The position numbers and the translations under genes were made by a program. A DNA stretch of 64,000 bases from an uncultured delta proteobacterium (lineage in GTDB: Bacteria; Desulfobacterota; Desulfomonilia; UBA1062), in the NCBI GenBank assembly GCA_963752595.1, contig CAVVYZ010000014.1:64001-128000 (forward strand). Direction: 5' to 3'. Shown piece by piece: positions 1 through 9,109 of this stretch. Each line of letters opens with the position of its first letter. Within the stretch, counting starts at the first letter, position 1. The notes beneath the pieces were generated by a model. It was not told where the DNA came from. It worked only from the letters and a program-made list of their open reading frames with translations, and did no database searches.

Positions 1-557
1 CCGGCCTTTTCCCAAAGGTATGTAATGGCCTCCCGTGCGCGGTCCCAGTAATCGGTTACGCGGCTTAAACCCTTTCCCGTTTCATTATCCCCATACTTCA
101 GGTCCATGAGGAAAAGGTCCGCGTATCCCTCCCATTCCTTAAGGCTCTCGATGCTCTCGTACCCGCTTGAATTGAGCACGATTGGAAGATCAAGCCCCTG
201 CTCACGGGCAAGGTTTATAGAATGAATGATCTTGGGCGCGAAGTGGGTCGGACTCACCAGGTTGATATTCGAGCACCCGCGATCCTGGAGAAGAAGCATG
301 GAGCGGGCAAGCTCCGACTCGGACAGAACTTTTCCCATAGCCTGGTGGCTTATCTGGTTGTTCTGGCAATAGGAACACTTGAGCGGGCACCCGGAAAAGA
401 ACACCGCCCCTGAGCCCGCACCCGTTACCAGTGGCGGCTCCTCCCCCCTGTGGATGACGATGGAGCCGATGATCAGATCCTCACCGACGCCGCAGGCGAC
501 TGCAGCCCTCGACCTGTCGGCGGAACAGTGCCTCGGACAAAGCATGCACCCTGTCAT
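1..557 (-). CDS. PflX-like radical SAM protein (runs off the left edge of the window)
   Basis: Manual translation from ATG 557: MTGCMLCPRHC...HRGEEPPLV..GSGAVFFSGCPLKCSYCQN (CxxxCxxC), then NINLVSPTHF and NSSGYE. The start overlaps the ligase stop (ATGA). Absent from the ORF track because it is open at the edge. Confidence 0.85.
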   Translation of the reverse strand, partial: MTGCMLCPRHCSADRSRAAVACGVGEDLIIGSIVIHRGEEPPLVTGAGSGAVFFSGCPLKCSYCQNNQISHQAMGKVLSESELARSMLLLQDRGCSNINLVSPTHFAPKIIHSINLAREQGLDLPIVLNSSGYESIESLKEWEGYADLFLMDLKYGDNETGKGLSRVTDYWDRAREAITYLWEKA

Positions 558-2041
558 TTTTTCTGCTCGATCTCCTCGATAAGGGCCTTGCCGTTCTCAT
601 CCCTCAAGATCCGGGAAACGAACTCCACCTTGCGGGGTGTCTTATAGGAAGCCAGGAGTCTGCGGGCCTGGCGCTTCACTTCGCTTTCACTGATATCGGA
701 GCCGTCGGTCACAACGTATGCCTTGATGATGGCCCCCCTCATGAGATCGGGAATACCCGTGATGGCGGAATCCTGAACGCCCGGGATCGAATTCAGGACA
801 TTCTCCACCTCTTTGCAGTATACATTGAAGCCTGAGGTGATGATCATATCCTTCTTGTACCCGGTTATGTAGATATAGCCGTCTCCGTCCATATACCCCA
901 GATCTCCGGTATAGAGCCAGCCGTCTTTGATGATCTCCCGCGTCTCTTTCTCCCTCTTGTAGTATCCCTTCATGATATTGGGACCCTTGAACAGGATTTC
1001 TCCCTTCTCGCCGGCTTTGAGCACCCTGCCCTCTTCGTCGACTATCATCGCCTGAACACCCGGCACGGTGGGTCCTATGGAATCGGGTTTCAATTTCACG
1101 TGGGGATTGTTGTATGCGCACACGGGCGAAGCCTCTGTGAGTCCGTATCCTTGCCTGAGATCCATACCGAAACGTTCTTTGAACCCGGTATAGATCTCCA
1201 TGGAGAGCGCGGAACCGCCGGCTATAAGGATCTTCATCTTCGTGTAGTCGATGCCCTGGACATCCGGATGGAGCAGCAGCCCGTAAAACAGGGTCGGGAC
1301 AGCACAGATGCAGGTGATCCCGCCATGAGTGAGTACATGGTTGAGCTCCTTGAAGTCGAGATTCTTCACCATGTAGGCCGTCCCGCCGTATCGCAGCATG
1401 GAAAGCATGTTGACGCTCGAGCTGAACGAGTGGAAGCATGGGATAATGGTCAGCGTGGTGTCCGTATCGTCGGCATCGGCGCACACCCTCATCAGGTCGG
1501 AATTGTGATCCAGATTCCCGTGGGTAAGCATGGCCCCCATGGGATACCCGGTGAGGCCCGAAGAGTAGATCATGGCTGCCACATCGTCCCGGTCCATATC
1601 CTCGATGATGCCCTTATTCTTTCCGCTCACCCACTGGGAGAAGTTCCCCCCATCACCTGTGGTGATCACCGTACTGAGCGGGCACAGCTCGCGGATATCT
1701 CCATACGTCGCGAAATTATTCTCTTCGATGATAATCGCCTTTGAGTCGGAATCCTTCAGGATATGGGCAAGCTCCCGGGAAGTGAACGACGGGTTCACCG
1801 GCACTACGATCCCCCCTATGCCGGCAACTGCCATGTAAGAGATGGCAAACTCCGGCGTATTGGGCAGTACGACCGTCACATGATCGCCCCGCTCTATCCC
1901 TGCATCCCGCAAGGCTGTGCCCAGCTTCCCTGTCAGCGAAAACAGCTCGGAATACGTTGTCCTGCTTTCGCGGAACCGTACCGCTATCTTCTCAGGTCTT
2001 TCTTTCGCATGATCCCTTAACCACCAATAGATATTCATCAT
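554..2041 (-). CDS. Long-chain acyl-CoA synthetase / AMP-binding ligase
   Basis: 495 aa; variant A3 motif YSSGLTGYPMG, QGYGLTE, GWLYTGDLG, KDMIITSGFNVY. Confidence 0.9.
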   Translation of the reverse strand: MMNIYWWLRDHAKERPEKIAVRFRESRTTYSELFSLTGKLGTALRDAGIERGDHVTVVLPNTPEFAISYMAVAGIGGIVVPVNPSFTSRELAHILKDSDSKAIIIEENNFATYGDIRELCPLSTVITTGDGGNFSQWVSGKNKGIIEDMDRDDVAAMIYSSGLTGYPMGAMLTHGNLDHNSDLMRVCADADDTDTTLTIIPCFHSFSSSVNMLSMLRYGGTAYMVKNLDFKELNHVLTHGGITCICAVPTLFYGLLLHPDVQGIDYTKMKILIAGGSALSMEIYTGFKERFGMDLRQGYGLTEASPVCAYNNPHVKLKPDSIGPTVPGVQAMIVDEEGRVLKAGEKGEILFKGPNIMKGYYKREKETREIIKDGWLYTGDLGYMDGDGYIYITGYKKDMIITSGFNVYCKEVENVLNSIPGVQDSAITGIPDLMRGAIIKAYVVTDGSDISESEVKRQARRLLASYKTPRKVEFVSRILRDENGKALIEEIEQKK

Positions 2042-3648
2042 ACCTCCTGTTTCTTTTCCCTCAACAGGTCTTTTTGGGCACCGTACATATCCAGAGGAAG
2101 TAGGGATCCGGCAAGCTCCCTGATCCGTTCCGGTTCAACAGCACCCTTTTCCAGGATTATTCCGCTTATGAATTGTGGCCTGGTCCTGTCGAAATAAAGA
2201 TTCCCCACCTCAACTCCGTGCGGGGGATTTTCCCATACCTCATCCGGATCGTACTCTTCGAGTGCCACCTCGCCCCGTGCAAAGCTTATTTTCCTGATTT
2301 CGCCGACAAAGTATACCTTGATTCCCAGGGTATGCGCTGCCACGGCGATCAGTGACGACCCTGCCTTATTGATAACAGACCCATCCGGCTCGATGCTGTC
2401 CACACCCATGAGCACCATGTCCACAGAGGGAAGCTCGTGGCCCGCACAGGCATCGGTGATAAGTCTGACCTTCAGTCCCATCTCGGCTGCCACATGCGCC
2501 GTAGTCCTTCCTTCAAAGCCCGGCCGCGATTCAGTCACGATCAGGGAGCACTGCTTTTCCTTGAGCAGGGGAAACGCATGGATCAGTGAAGAGCTGTACG
2601 AGTGGAGCAGGACAGTCGATCTCTCCGGTATTATCCGGTCGAGATGCTCCACCGCCTTGTCCAGAGCAGCATCCATCTCCTTGAGGTGCTTCGCTATGAG
2701 CGAGGCGATCTGAGACCTCGCCCCCGCGATGTCCAGGGAACTGAAGGTCTGCATATCCCGGAGCAGGAAGTCGAGCGAGGTCGAGATGATGCCCATGGAC
2801 GGACGGGACATGCTTATTTCACGGCATGCATAAAAAAGATCGTCCAGGAGCGTTACGGCCCGAGCGGCATTCGATGCCCGGACCATTCTTCCCAGGAAAT
2901 CGATTGCTTCCGTTGCGAGCTGCCTGGCCCCGCTTTCGCGGTCGTCTTTCACGGCTTTCACAAAGGCCGAGAGCTCACGCTCCAGCGGCAGTCTCGATAC
3001 ACGCTCGTACACTTCCCAGAGGCCTGGTACCGTATCGAGCTCCTTCATCTCCCGGGGATCGCCCCAGCGGAGCTCGGTATTCTCCCAGTCCAGGGTAATC
3101 CGGGAAGGATCGTGTACCTCACAGAGGAACGGGTGCACGCACCAGATGCGTGCATTCTTCTCATCAGGGATTACTACGGTCCCGGCCTGACGCAGGAGAA
3201 CGTATTCTCCGGGCTTCAGAGAGGTCTCTTCCCACAGCTCGACCATGAAGTGCTCTTGCGGGTCGCCTTCGAGGTGCCCGCTGATCCCTGACCAGCGCCC
3301 CTTGTATGTCCCCACCTTCTCGCTCCGCCGCACAAGGCACAACTTCCCCATATGCGACAGGAATACCGTGACAACGTGTGTCTGAACGTCTTTCACGGAT
3401 TTCATATCGGGATCGTACTTATAGCAGTCGAACGGTTCATCCGAGCCTTTCTGGAGCTTTCTGTTCGTTTCGCAGAAGACCTTCAATCCGGAGTCGTCTT
3501 TCTTTTTACACAGCTCACAGAAAGCTGAAGCATTGAGCACAAGGTCTTCCTTGAGCTCGTATTTCCGGAACCGGGGGCATTGGAGACAATCCTCGATCGG
3601 CCCCTTGTTCAGCCTGCACCACGCACAAACAGCACCTCTGAAATCCAT
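2038..3648 (-). CDS. Fusion protein: Cys-rich N-terminal domain + NUDIX hydrolase + eIF-2B/ribose-1,5-bisphosphate isomerase-like domain
   Basis: CAWC/CLQC/CELC pairs; Nudix-like box SGHLEGDPQEHFMVELWEETSL; eIF2B motifs RPSM, ESRPGFEG, GVDSI..DGSVINKAGS, FDRT. Start placed at ATG 3648 (ORF is open to 3726). Confidence 0.8.
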   Translation of the reverse strand: MDFRGAVCAWCRLNKGPIEDCLQCPRFRKYELKEDLVLNASAFCELCKKKDDSGLKVFCETNRKLQKGSDEPFDCYKYDPDMKSVKDVQTHVVTVFLSHMGKLCLVRRSEKVGTYKGRWSGISGHLEGDPQEHFMVELWEETSLKPGEYVLLRQAGTVVIPDEKNARIWCVHPFLCEVHDPSRITLDWENTELRWGDPREMKELDTVPGLWEVYERVSRLPLERELSAFVKAVKDDRESGARQLATEAIDFLGRMVRASNAARAVTLLDDLFYACREISMSRPSMGIISTSLDFLLRDMQTFSSLDIAGARSQIASLIAKHLKEMDAALDKAVEHLDRIIPERSTVLLHSYSSSLIHAFPLLKEKQCSLIVTESRPGFEGRTTAHVAAEMGLKVRLITDACAGHELPSVDMVLMGVDSIEPDGSVINKAGSSLIAVAAHTLGIKVYFVGEIRKISFARGEVALEEYDPDEVWENPPHGVEVGNLYFDRTRPQFISGIILEKGAVEPERIRELAGSLLPLDMYGAQKDLLREKKQEV

Positions 3649-3801
3649 GGCGGATACCATACTGTGAGTTTTTTTAAAGGGCAAGTATATAAATTCCTGC
3701 AGGAGAGGCCCTATGCCGGGGGTCATGGCAAAGGTTACCGGTCGGTTTCCATCATACGATCAAGTGACCTCATAATGACAGGGACTGACGAAAGATCTGT
3801 C

Positions 3802-6084
3802 TTATTCGGAAAGCTTCCACAGCAGCGACTTGAGATAATCCCATGCTTTGGGGATATCGGAGATGGAAGGGGTACCGGAATCCGACACCTCGATGGGCTG
3901 TGTATTGCGGATATAGGGAACATCCACCCCGCCCGAGGTCCACATACCGGCCAGCTTGCCGTTTACAGGGTCGATGGAGCATATGATGACATCCTGAGGT
4001 ACAGGCCATGTGACAGGCCGTGAAAGGCGCGCAAGGATCATGGAAGCGATGGGCATCGCTCCGGCTGCACCGCTGTACCCGATGGACCGGTATTTATCGG
4101 CCCCGAGCCATACCGTGACGACCATCTGCGGAGTGAACCCGACAAACCAGGAATCTCTGGCATCATCGGTGGTCCCGGTCTTTCCGCAGACACCCTCGGG
4201 CATGCCGTATATCCTGGATTCTCTGGCAGTGCCCGACGTGATCACTTCCTGCAAAGCCGCATTGACCAGGTATACGGTTGATGGATCCAGCGCCGGAACG
4301 GGAGCAGGTTCCGGGTCTTTCCGTATGACCACTCCCTCTCCGTCCACAATGCCTTTGAGAGCAATGGGCTTCACCTGGTTTCCGTTGTTTGCAAAAGCGC
4401 TGTAGAGCGCCGACACCTCTAGGGGAGAGCACTCAAGAGCACCGAGGAGAACCGAAGGATTGGCCTTGCTCACGGTCAACGGAAGGACCTTGCCGATCTC
4501 CATGATAATGCTCGATACCCCGAGGTCCATACCGAGCCTTACGGTTGCAAGATTATAGGAATTGGCAAGCGCGTCCTTGAGCATGACACGGCCGTGAGGC
4601 ACCCGGTCATAATTCAGCGGTGTCCAGGCGGTGCCGTCGTTCAGGCGGATACTGATGGGGGCATCTTCCACATATGAGGAAAGGGTATAGCCTCTTTTCA
4701 GGGCAGTATAATAGATCACGGGCTTCACGAGCGAGCCCATATGCCGGCGTATCCTTGTCGCACGGTTGAACTGGGATCCTGCATATCCTTTGCCCCCCAC
4801 AAGTGCCAGGATCTCGCCGGTATTGGGGGCCATGATGACCGCTGCGCCGTCTATCGATTTAGCCTTGTCCGCCAGGCCTTGGGCCAGGAAGGTCTCGGCT
4901 GTTTTCTGCATATGCATGTCAAGGGTGGTGTAGATCTGATACCCACCCTTTTCCAGCAGGGCTTCAGGCAGCTGATCCCTGGTAAGCGACAGGACATGAT
5001 CGACAAAATAGGGTGCCTGCCTCTTCCTCGGGACGAGATTTACCACGTTCAAGGATCTCCGCTTCGCCTTCTCGTACTCCTTGCGGGTGATCTTGCCTTC
5101 TTCGAGCATGAGGGCGAGCACCATGTTCCTCCTGGCAAGGGCCTTGGCCGGATAGGTATAGGGCGAATAGGCATTGGGCGCCTTGATCATCCCTGCCAGG
5201 AGCGCCGCCTCGGAGAGATTTATCTCGGATATGCCCTTGTCGAAGAGCATCTTCGAAGCCCTGCCCAGGCCGCACACACCTGCATGCCCGTAGCTTCCCA
5301 TGTAGATTTCGTTGACATACATGCTTAAGATCCGGTCCTTGGAATAGACCGTCTCCATGATTACGGCCATCCACATGTCCTTGAGCTTCCGGGAAAAGGT
5401 GCGCTTGTTCGTGAGGAAGAGATTCTTGACGAGCTGCTGGGTGATCGTGGACCCGCCCTCATGGATACTCCGGTGCTTCACGTTGGTGAATACGGCCCGG
5501 ATCAGTGACCTCGTGTCGATCCCCCAGTGGTGGTAAAACCGCCTGTCTTCGGTGGTGATGATCGCATCGATGAGATTTTCCGGGCACTCTTCCAGCTTCA
5601 CGAGCGTCCGGTCTTCATACAGATCGTCGAAGATCTCTGCAATGCACTCGGGCTCCAGCAGGACGCTCTTTACGTACTGCTTCTTCCCGGGGAGCATGAC
5701 GCCGGTGATCCTCATTCCTTCGAGGATGAGCCCGACCTTCCGCGCCTTGTGCTGCTTACCCATGTATGAATAGGAGTGGATGAAAAGAGTGATGCCTTTG
5801 GAATCCCGCGAGAACTGGCCCGGGGCACTCACCTTTGACACTTGACGGTATCTCAGACGCTTAAGCCTCTCAAGTAAGCCGCTCCGCCCGACATCGACCC
5901 CTGCCTCGAGCGTGAACGGACGGCTGTAGATCTTTGAAGGGATGTGCCAGATGGAGCCTGTTTTGAGCCTCTGAATCTCCCGGTAGGCATCGAGGCTGAA
6001 GTATACTGCGCCTAAGGCCACAACGAGTACGATCAGTGCAAGGGATATCCAGAGGGCCTTACGGTATGAAGCAATGCCTTTCAC
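3802..6084 (-). CDS. mrcB: Bifunctional penicillin-binding protein 1B
   Basis: N-terminal TM segment and UB2H-like region; transglycosylase motifs EDRRF and GGSTITQQLVKN; transpeptidase motifs SLVK, SYN, KTG. Confidence 0.88.
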   Translation of the reverse strand: MKGIASYRKALWISLALIVLVVALGAVYFSLDAYREIQRLKTGSIWHIPSKIYSRPFTLEAGVDVGRSGLLERLKRLRYRQVSKVSAPGQFSRDSKGITLFIHSYSYMGKQHKARKVGLILEGMRITGVMLPGKKQYVKSVLLEPECIAEIFDDLYEDRTLVKLEECPENLIDAIITTEDRRFYHHWGIDTRSLIRAVFTNVKHRSIHEGGSTITQQLVKNLFLTNKRTFSRKLKDMWMAVIMETVYSKDRILSMYVNEIYMGSYGHAGVCGLGRASKMLFDKGISEINLSEAALLAGMIKAPNAYSPYTYPAKALARRNMVLALMLEEGKITRKEYEKAKRRSLNVVNLVPRKRQAPYFVDHVLSLTRDQLPEALLEKGGYQIYTTLDMHMQKTAETFLAQGLADKAKSIDGAAVIMAPNTGEILALVGGKGYAGSQFNRATRIRRHMGSLVKPVIYYTALKRGYTLSSYVEDAPISIRLNDGTAWTPLNYDRVPHGRVMLKDALANSYNLATVRLGMDLGVSSIIMEIGKVLPLTVSKANPSVLLGALECSPLEVSALYSAFANNGNQVKPIALKGIVDGEGVVIRKDPEPAPVPALDPSTVYLVNAALQEVITSGTARESRIYGMPEGVCGKTGTTDDARDSWFVGFTPQMVVTVWLGADKYRSIGYSGAAGAMPIASMILARLSRPVTWPVPQDVIICSIDPVNGKLAGMWTSGGVDVPYIRNTQPIEVSDSGTPSISDIPKAWDYLKSLLWKLSE

Positions 6085-6092
6085 GATGCCGG

Positions 6093-6122
6093 ACTATAAG
6101 CGCTAGTGCAGGCAGGTGTCAA
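6093..6122 (-). promoter_or_regulatory. Putative sigma70 promoter of mrcB
   Basis: TTGACA-N18-TATAGT, 8 nt before the GTG start; no Shine-Dalgarno. Confidence 0.55.
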
Positions 6123-6168
6123 TCCCAATAGTGATTTCGTATACCCGGTTGTTCGGCCTTCAGCCTGA

Positions 6169-6996
6169 TCAGGCCTGCCTCTTCCTCAAGACCTCGCGCT
6201 GCCGCCTGAAGAGATAGCGGATGATGTCTTCCCTTGTTTCGGCATCCACCTGGAGAAACCTGGCTGCGACGGCATAGCGCTGAGTTTCGTAAGAAGTGAC
6301 GGGTTTCAGGCGGATGACCTCACCCACGAGCCTCATGAAGAGCAGCGGCGCCATGGGCAGGATGAGATTGATCTCCAGGAGGTCGCCCGCCCGGAACGAT
6401 TCCCTGGTAATGAACCTGATGCCCGAGGCACTGATATTCACATCCCTGGGCGAGGTTTTCATTAATGTCATGAAATCCTCTGCCAGGTACATGTGGATGA
6501 GCAGGTCGACCTTCCGGTTCAGCTCCCAGAGTGACTGATTGAACGACGGCTCCCGTGAATAGGGCGCCTCATTGGATCCGGTATGGCCGTACTTTCCCTT
6601 CAGAAAAGAATCGATGATGAGTTTATTGCCCCTGATCCTTTCCATGGTTTCCGGCAACACCTCGGATTTCTTGTCGGAATGACAGAGAAACCCGGCTTGG
6701 AAGTAGATCCTGTCATAGATACGGACATCCTGCCTGCGCTCGTTGCCGGGAGATGCATAGCACTCGATGCTCATCCTGATGCCGCCTTCGGTGATCTCCA
6801 TGACCCTGGCAAGCACGGAATCCTGGCCGTCAGAGAGCCTCACCAGCGTTCCTTCCGAGGCATCCAGGCCTGATCTCGGCGAGAAGACGAACAGGTCTTC
6901 ATCGATGATTTCGACCACATCCCCCGGTACTTTACTTCCTCCTGATACCTGGGCATGGATGCCCAATTTCAAATTGAGCAGGAGATCGATGTTCAT
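6169..6996 (-). CDS. PilZ domain protein (c-di-GMP receptor)
   Basis: RxxxR (ERRQDVR) and NxSxxG (NISASG) motifs; C-terminal IIRYLFRRQRE. Confidence 0.85.
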   Translation of the reverse strand: MNIDLLLNLKLGIHAQVSGGSKVPGDVVEIIDEDLFVFSPRSGLDASEGTLVRLSDGQDSVLARVMEITEGGIRMSIECYASPGNERRQDVRIYDRIYFQAGFLCHSDKKSEVLPETMERIRGNKLIIDSFLKGKYGHTGSNEAPYSREPSFNQSLWELNRKVDLLIHMYLAEDFMTLMKTSPRDVNISASGIRFITRESFRAGDLLEINLILPMAPLLFMRLVGEVIRLKPVTSYETQRYAVAARFLQVDAETREDIIRYLFRRQREVLRKRQA

Positions 6997-7973
6997 GAAA
7001 TGCCTTTCATTATTTCAACCCGGTTCCGCCCGCGTTTCTTTGCCAGATAAAGACCCTTGTCGGCTTGCTTGACCAGGTCGCAGGTTGCAAGACCCTCTTT
7101 ATACTCGCTGATCCCGATGCTGATGGTAATATGCAGGCCGGCGATAAACCCTGTCTTCTCGATAATGCACCGGATCCTTTCCGCCAGCTTTCCGGCCTTC
7201 TGGATGCCCGTATGGGGGAGTATGATGGCGAACTCCTCTCCTCCGTACCGGAATACACGATCGCTTTTCCGGACGCACCGGGTAATCCTGTTCGCGAGCG
7301 ATTTGAGCACCACGTCTCCGATCTGATGGCCGTAGCTGTCGTTGATCTTCTTGAACCAGTCGACATCGACCATCATGACGGAAAACGCTGTCTGGTACCT
7401 CTGGGCCCTGTCCTGTTCGGCATGAAGCATCTCCTCGAATGCACGGTAATTGAGCAGGCCCGTGAGCCCGTCCCGGTATGCCATGTGGAGGAGCATCTCA
7501 TGATCCATGAGCTTGACAACTGCCGGCGTCAAGATTTTGACCCATTCCCGAAAGATTCCGTCATGGATTCCTGAGTTTATCGACAGGACAACCTTGGTGA
7601 TGGGGGTATCCATAAGAAGCATATCCATGCGGTTCCGGATAAGCGGAGGATGTCCTCCTACCGTGACAGGGATGTAGCTGAAGTGCCGGCTCCCCAAGAC
7701 CCTCCCGGCATCGTCAGGCCCGTCCCGGAGCCGGTCGAGCACCGAATATGCCTGCGCCTGGGACCCGCACATGGTGACGTAAAACGCAGGCGCAGCCTGA
7801 GGGAATGTCTGCCCCATCAGGGATACGAGATCGATCATCGCATTATTCAGGGAAGGACTTGAGAGCAGAGAAACGATGCTCTCGGTGAAGAGCGCAAGCG
7901 ACCTGTTCTGAGATAAATCATCCGGGATAAAGCTTTCTTTGCTGCGTATTCTTCTCGCTTCCCTGGTAATCAT
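6993..7973 (-). CDS. GGDEF diguanylate cyclase
   Basis: DGLTGLLN, DVDWFKKINDSYGH..GD, I-site RKSD and RYGGEEF; SD GAGGAGG before ATG 7973. Confidence 0.92.
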   Translation of the reverse strand: MITREARRIRSKESFIPDDLSQNRSLALFTESIVSLLSSPSLNNAMIDLVSLMGQTFPQAAPAFYVTMCGSQAQAYSVLDRLRDGPDDAGRVLGSRHFSYIPVTVGGHPPLIRNRMDMLLMDTPITKVVLSINSGIHDGIFREWVKILTPAVVKLMDHEMLLHMAYRDGLTGLLNYRAFEEMLHAEQDRAQRYQTAFSVMMVDVDWFKKINDSYGHQIGDVVLKSLANRITRCVRKSDRVFRYGGEEFAIILPHTGIQKAGKLAERIRCIIEKTGFIAGLHITISIGISEYKEGLATCDLVKQADKGLYLAKKRGRNRVEIMKGIS

Positions 7974-8027
7974 AAGTCTCCTCCTCTTATAAAAATCCTC
8001 TTCCCTAGAGACATGCAATATAATTAT

Positions 8028-8042
8028 GCAAAGTATGTGCCT
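8028..8042 (-). promoter_or_regulatory. Putative sigma54 promoter of the DGC-PilZ operon
   Basis: AGGCACATACTTTGC (GG-N10-GC) about 55 nt upstream of the ATG. Confidence 0.55.
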
Positions 8043-8222
8043 TGGCCGGGACGGGAAACCCATGCGTGCTGCTCTTCATTTATTGCATTCAAGATAATGT
8101 TTTTGGCTGTCTTTTGGTTCCGTTGATTAAATACCCTAATTAGTGTATAGTCTTGCCCGGCTTGATTCGAATGCAGCAGGAGTCTCTCCTGCATGCTGCC
8201 GATAATCACGGATAGGTGGGCT

Positions 8223-8789
8223 ATGGAAAGAGAATGCATCGAGATCAGGTGGCACGGGAGAGGCGGACAGGGGGCTATAACCGCTGCAAAGATCGTTGCA
8301 AAGGCGATGTTCGCTGCAGGTTATACCGGGGTTGCGATGATTCCGACCTTCGGCACCGAGAGAAGGGGAGCACCGGTATTCACCTCGCTGAAAGTATCGA
8401 AAGATAAGATTTTCGATCTTTCCCCCACGACCAGGCCCGACATCGTGGTGGTACTCGACTACCTCCTTCTGGAAGAAGTCGACGTCGATGCAGGGCTGAA
8501 GAAAGACGGCCTCATCGTCATCAATTCTCCCAGGACACAGGCAAATTATTCCTTTAACGGGAGAAAAGTTGCCATTGCCGATGTGACGGATCTCTCGGTC
8601 AGGGCAGGCCTGCCTGCAGGGGTGGTCAACAGCGGCATCATCGGGGCATTCGCAAAAGCCGCGCACTTTGTCGACATGGACGTCCTCACCAGGGCCATCG
8701 AAGAAGAGTTTGCCGGCAGGAAACCAAAGGAAAACGCCCGTGCGGCGTGGCTCTGCTACGAGAACACCACCATCGGAGGCCCCCGTTGA
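8223..8789 (+). CDS. porC: Pyruvate/2-oxoacid:ferredoxin oxidoreductase gamma subunit
   Basis: IRWHGRGGQGAITAA and FGTERRGAPV motifs. Confidence 0.9.
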   Translation: MERECIEIRWHGRGGQGAITAAKIVAKAMFAAGYTGVAMIPTFGTERRGAPVFTSLKVSKDKIFDLSPTTRPDIVVVLDYLLLEEVDVDAGLKKDGLIVINSPRTQANYSFNGRKVAIADVTDLSVRAGLPAGVVNSGIIGAFAKAAHFVDMDVLTRAIEEEFAGRKPKENARAAWLCYENTTIGGPR

Positions 8790-9109
8790 AAGACGAGAAA
8801 GACTACTGCAAAAACATATCCTTCAGCGAGGCCGGGCCGGGTGACGCGGGCAAGACCGGCTCATGGAGGATCGCCCGGCCTGTCATCGACCCGCAGACCT
8901 GCACGCCCGGAAAGAGAAATGCGCCTGCCTGCTATATCTGCTGGCTCTACTGCCCTGACGGAGTGATCAGCCGGGGGGTCCCGCCAAAAATCGATTATGA
9001 CTACTGCAAGGGCTGCGGGATATGCGCACAGGAATGTCCCACCAAGGCAATCACCATGGTGGATGAAGCGAGTTTTCTTGAAGGAGTAAAGGAAGACCCA
9101 TGCAAGTGA
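8786..9109 (+). CDS. porD: 2-oxoacid:ferredoxin oxidoreductase delta subunit (2x[4Fe-4S])
   Basis: KTGSWR, C..CYICWLYCP, DYDYCKGCGICAQECP; TTG start inferred, overlapping the gamma stop. Confidence 0.88.
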   Translation: MKDEKDYCKNISFSEAGPGDAGKTGSWRIARPVIDPQTCTPGKRNAPACYICWLYCPDGVISRGVPPKIDYDYCKGCGICAQECPTKAITMVDEASFLEGVKEDPCK

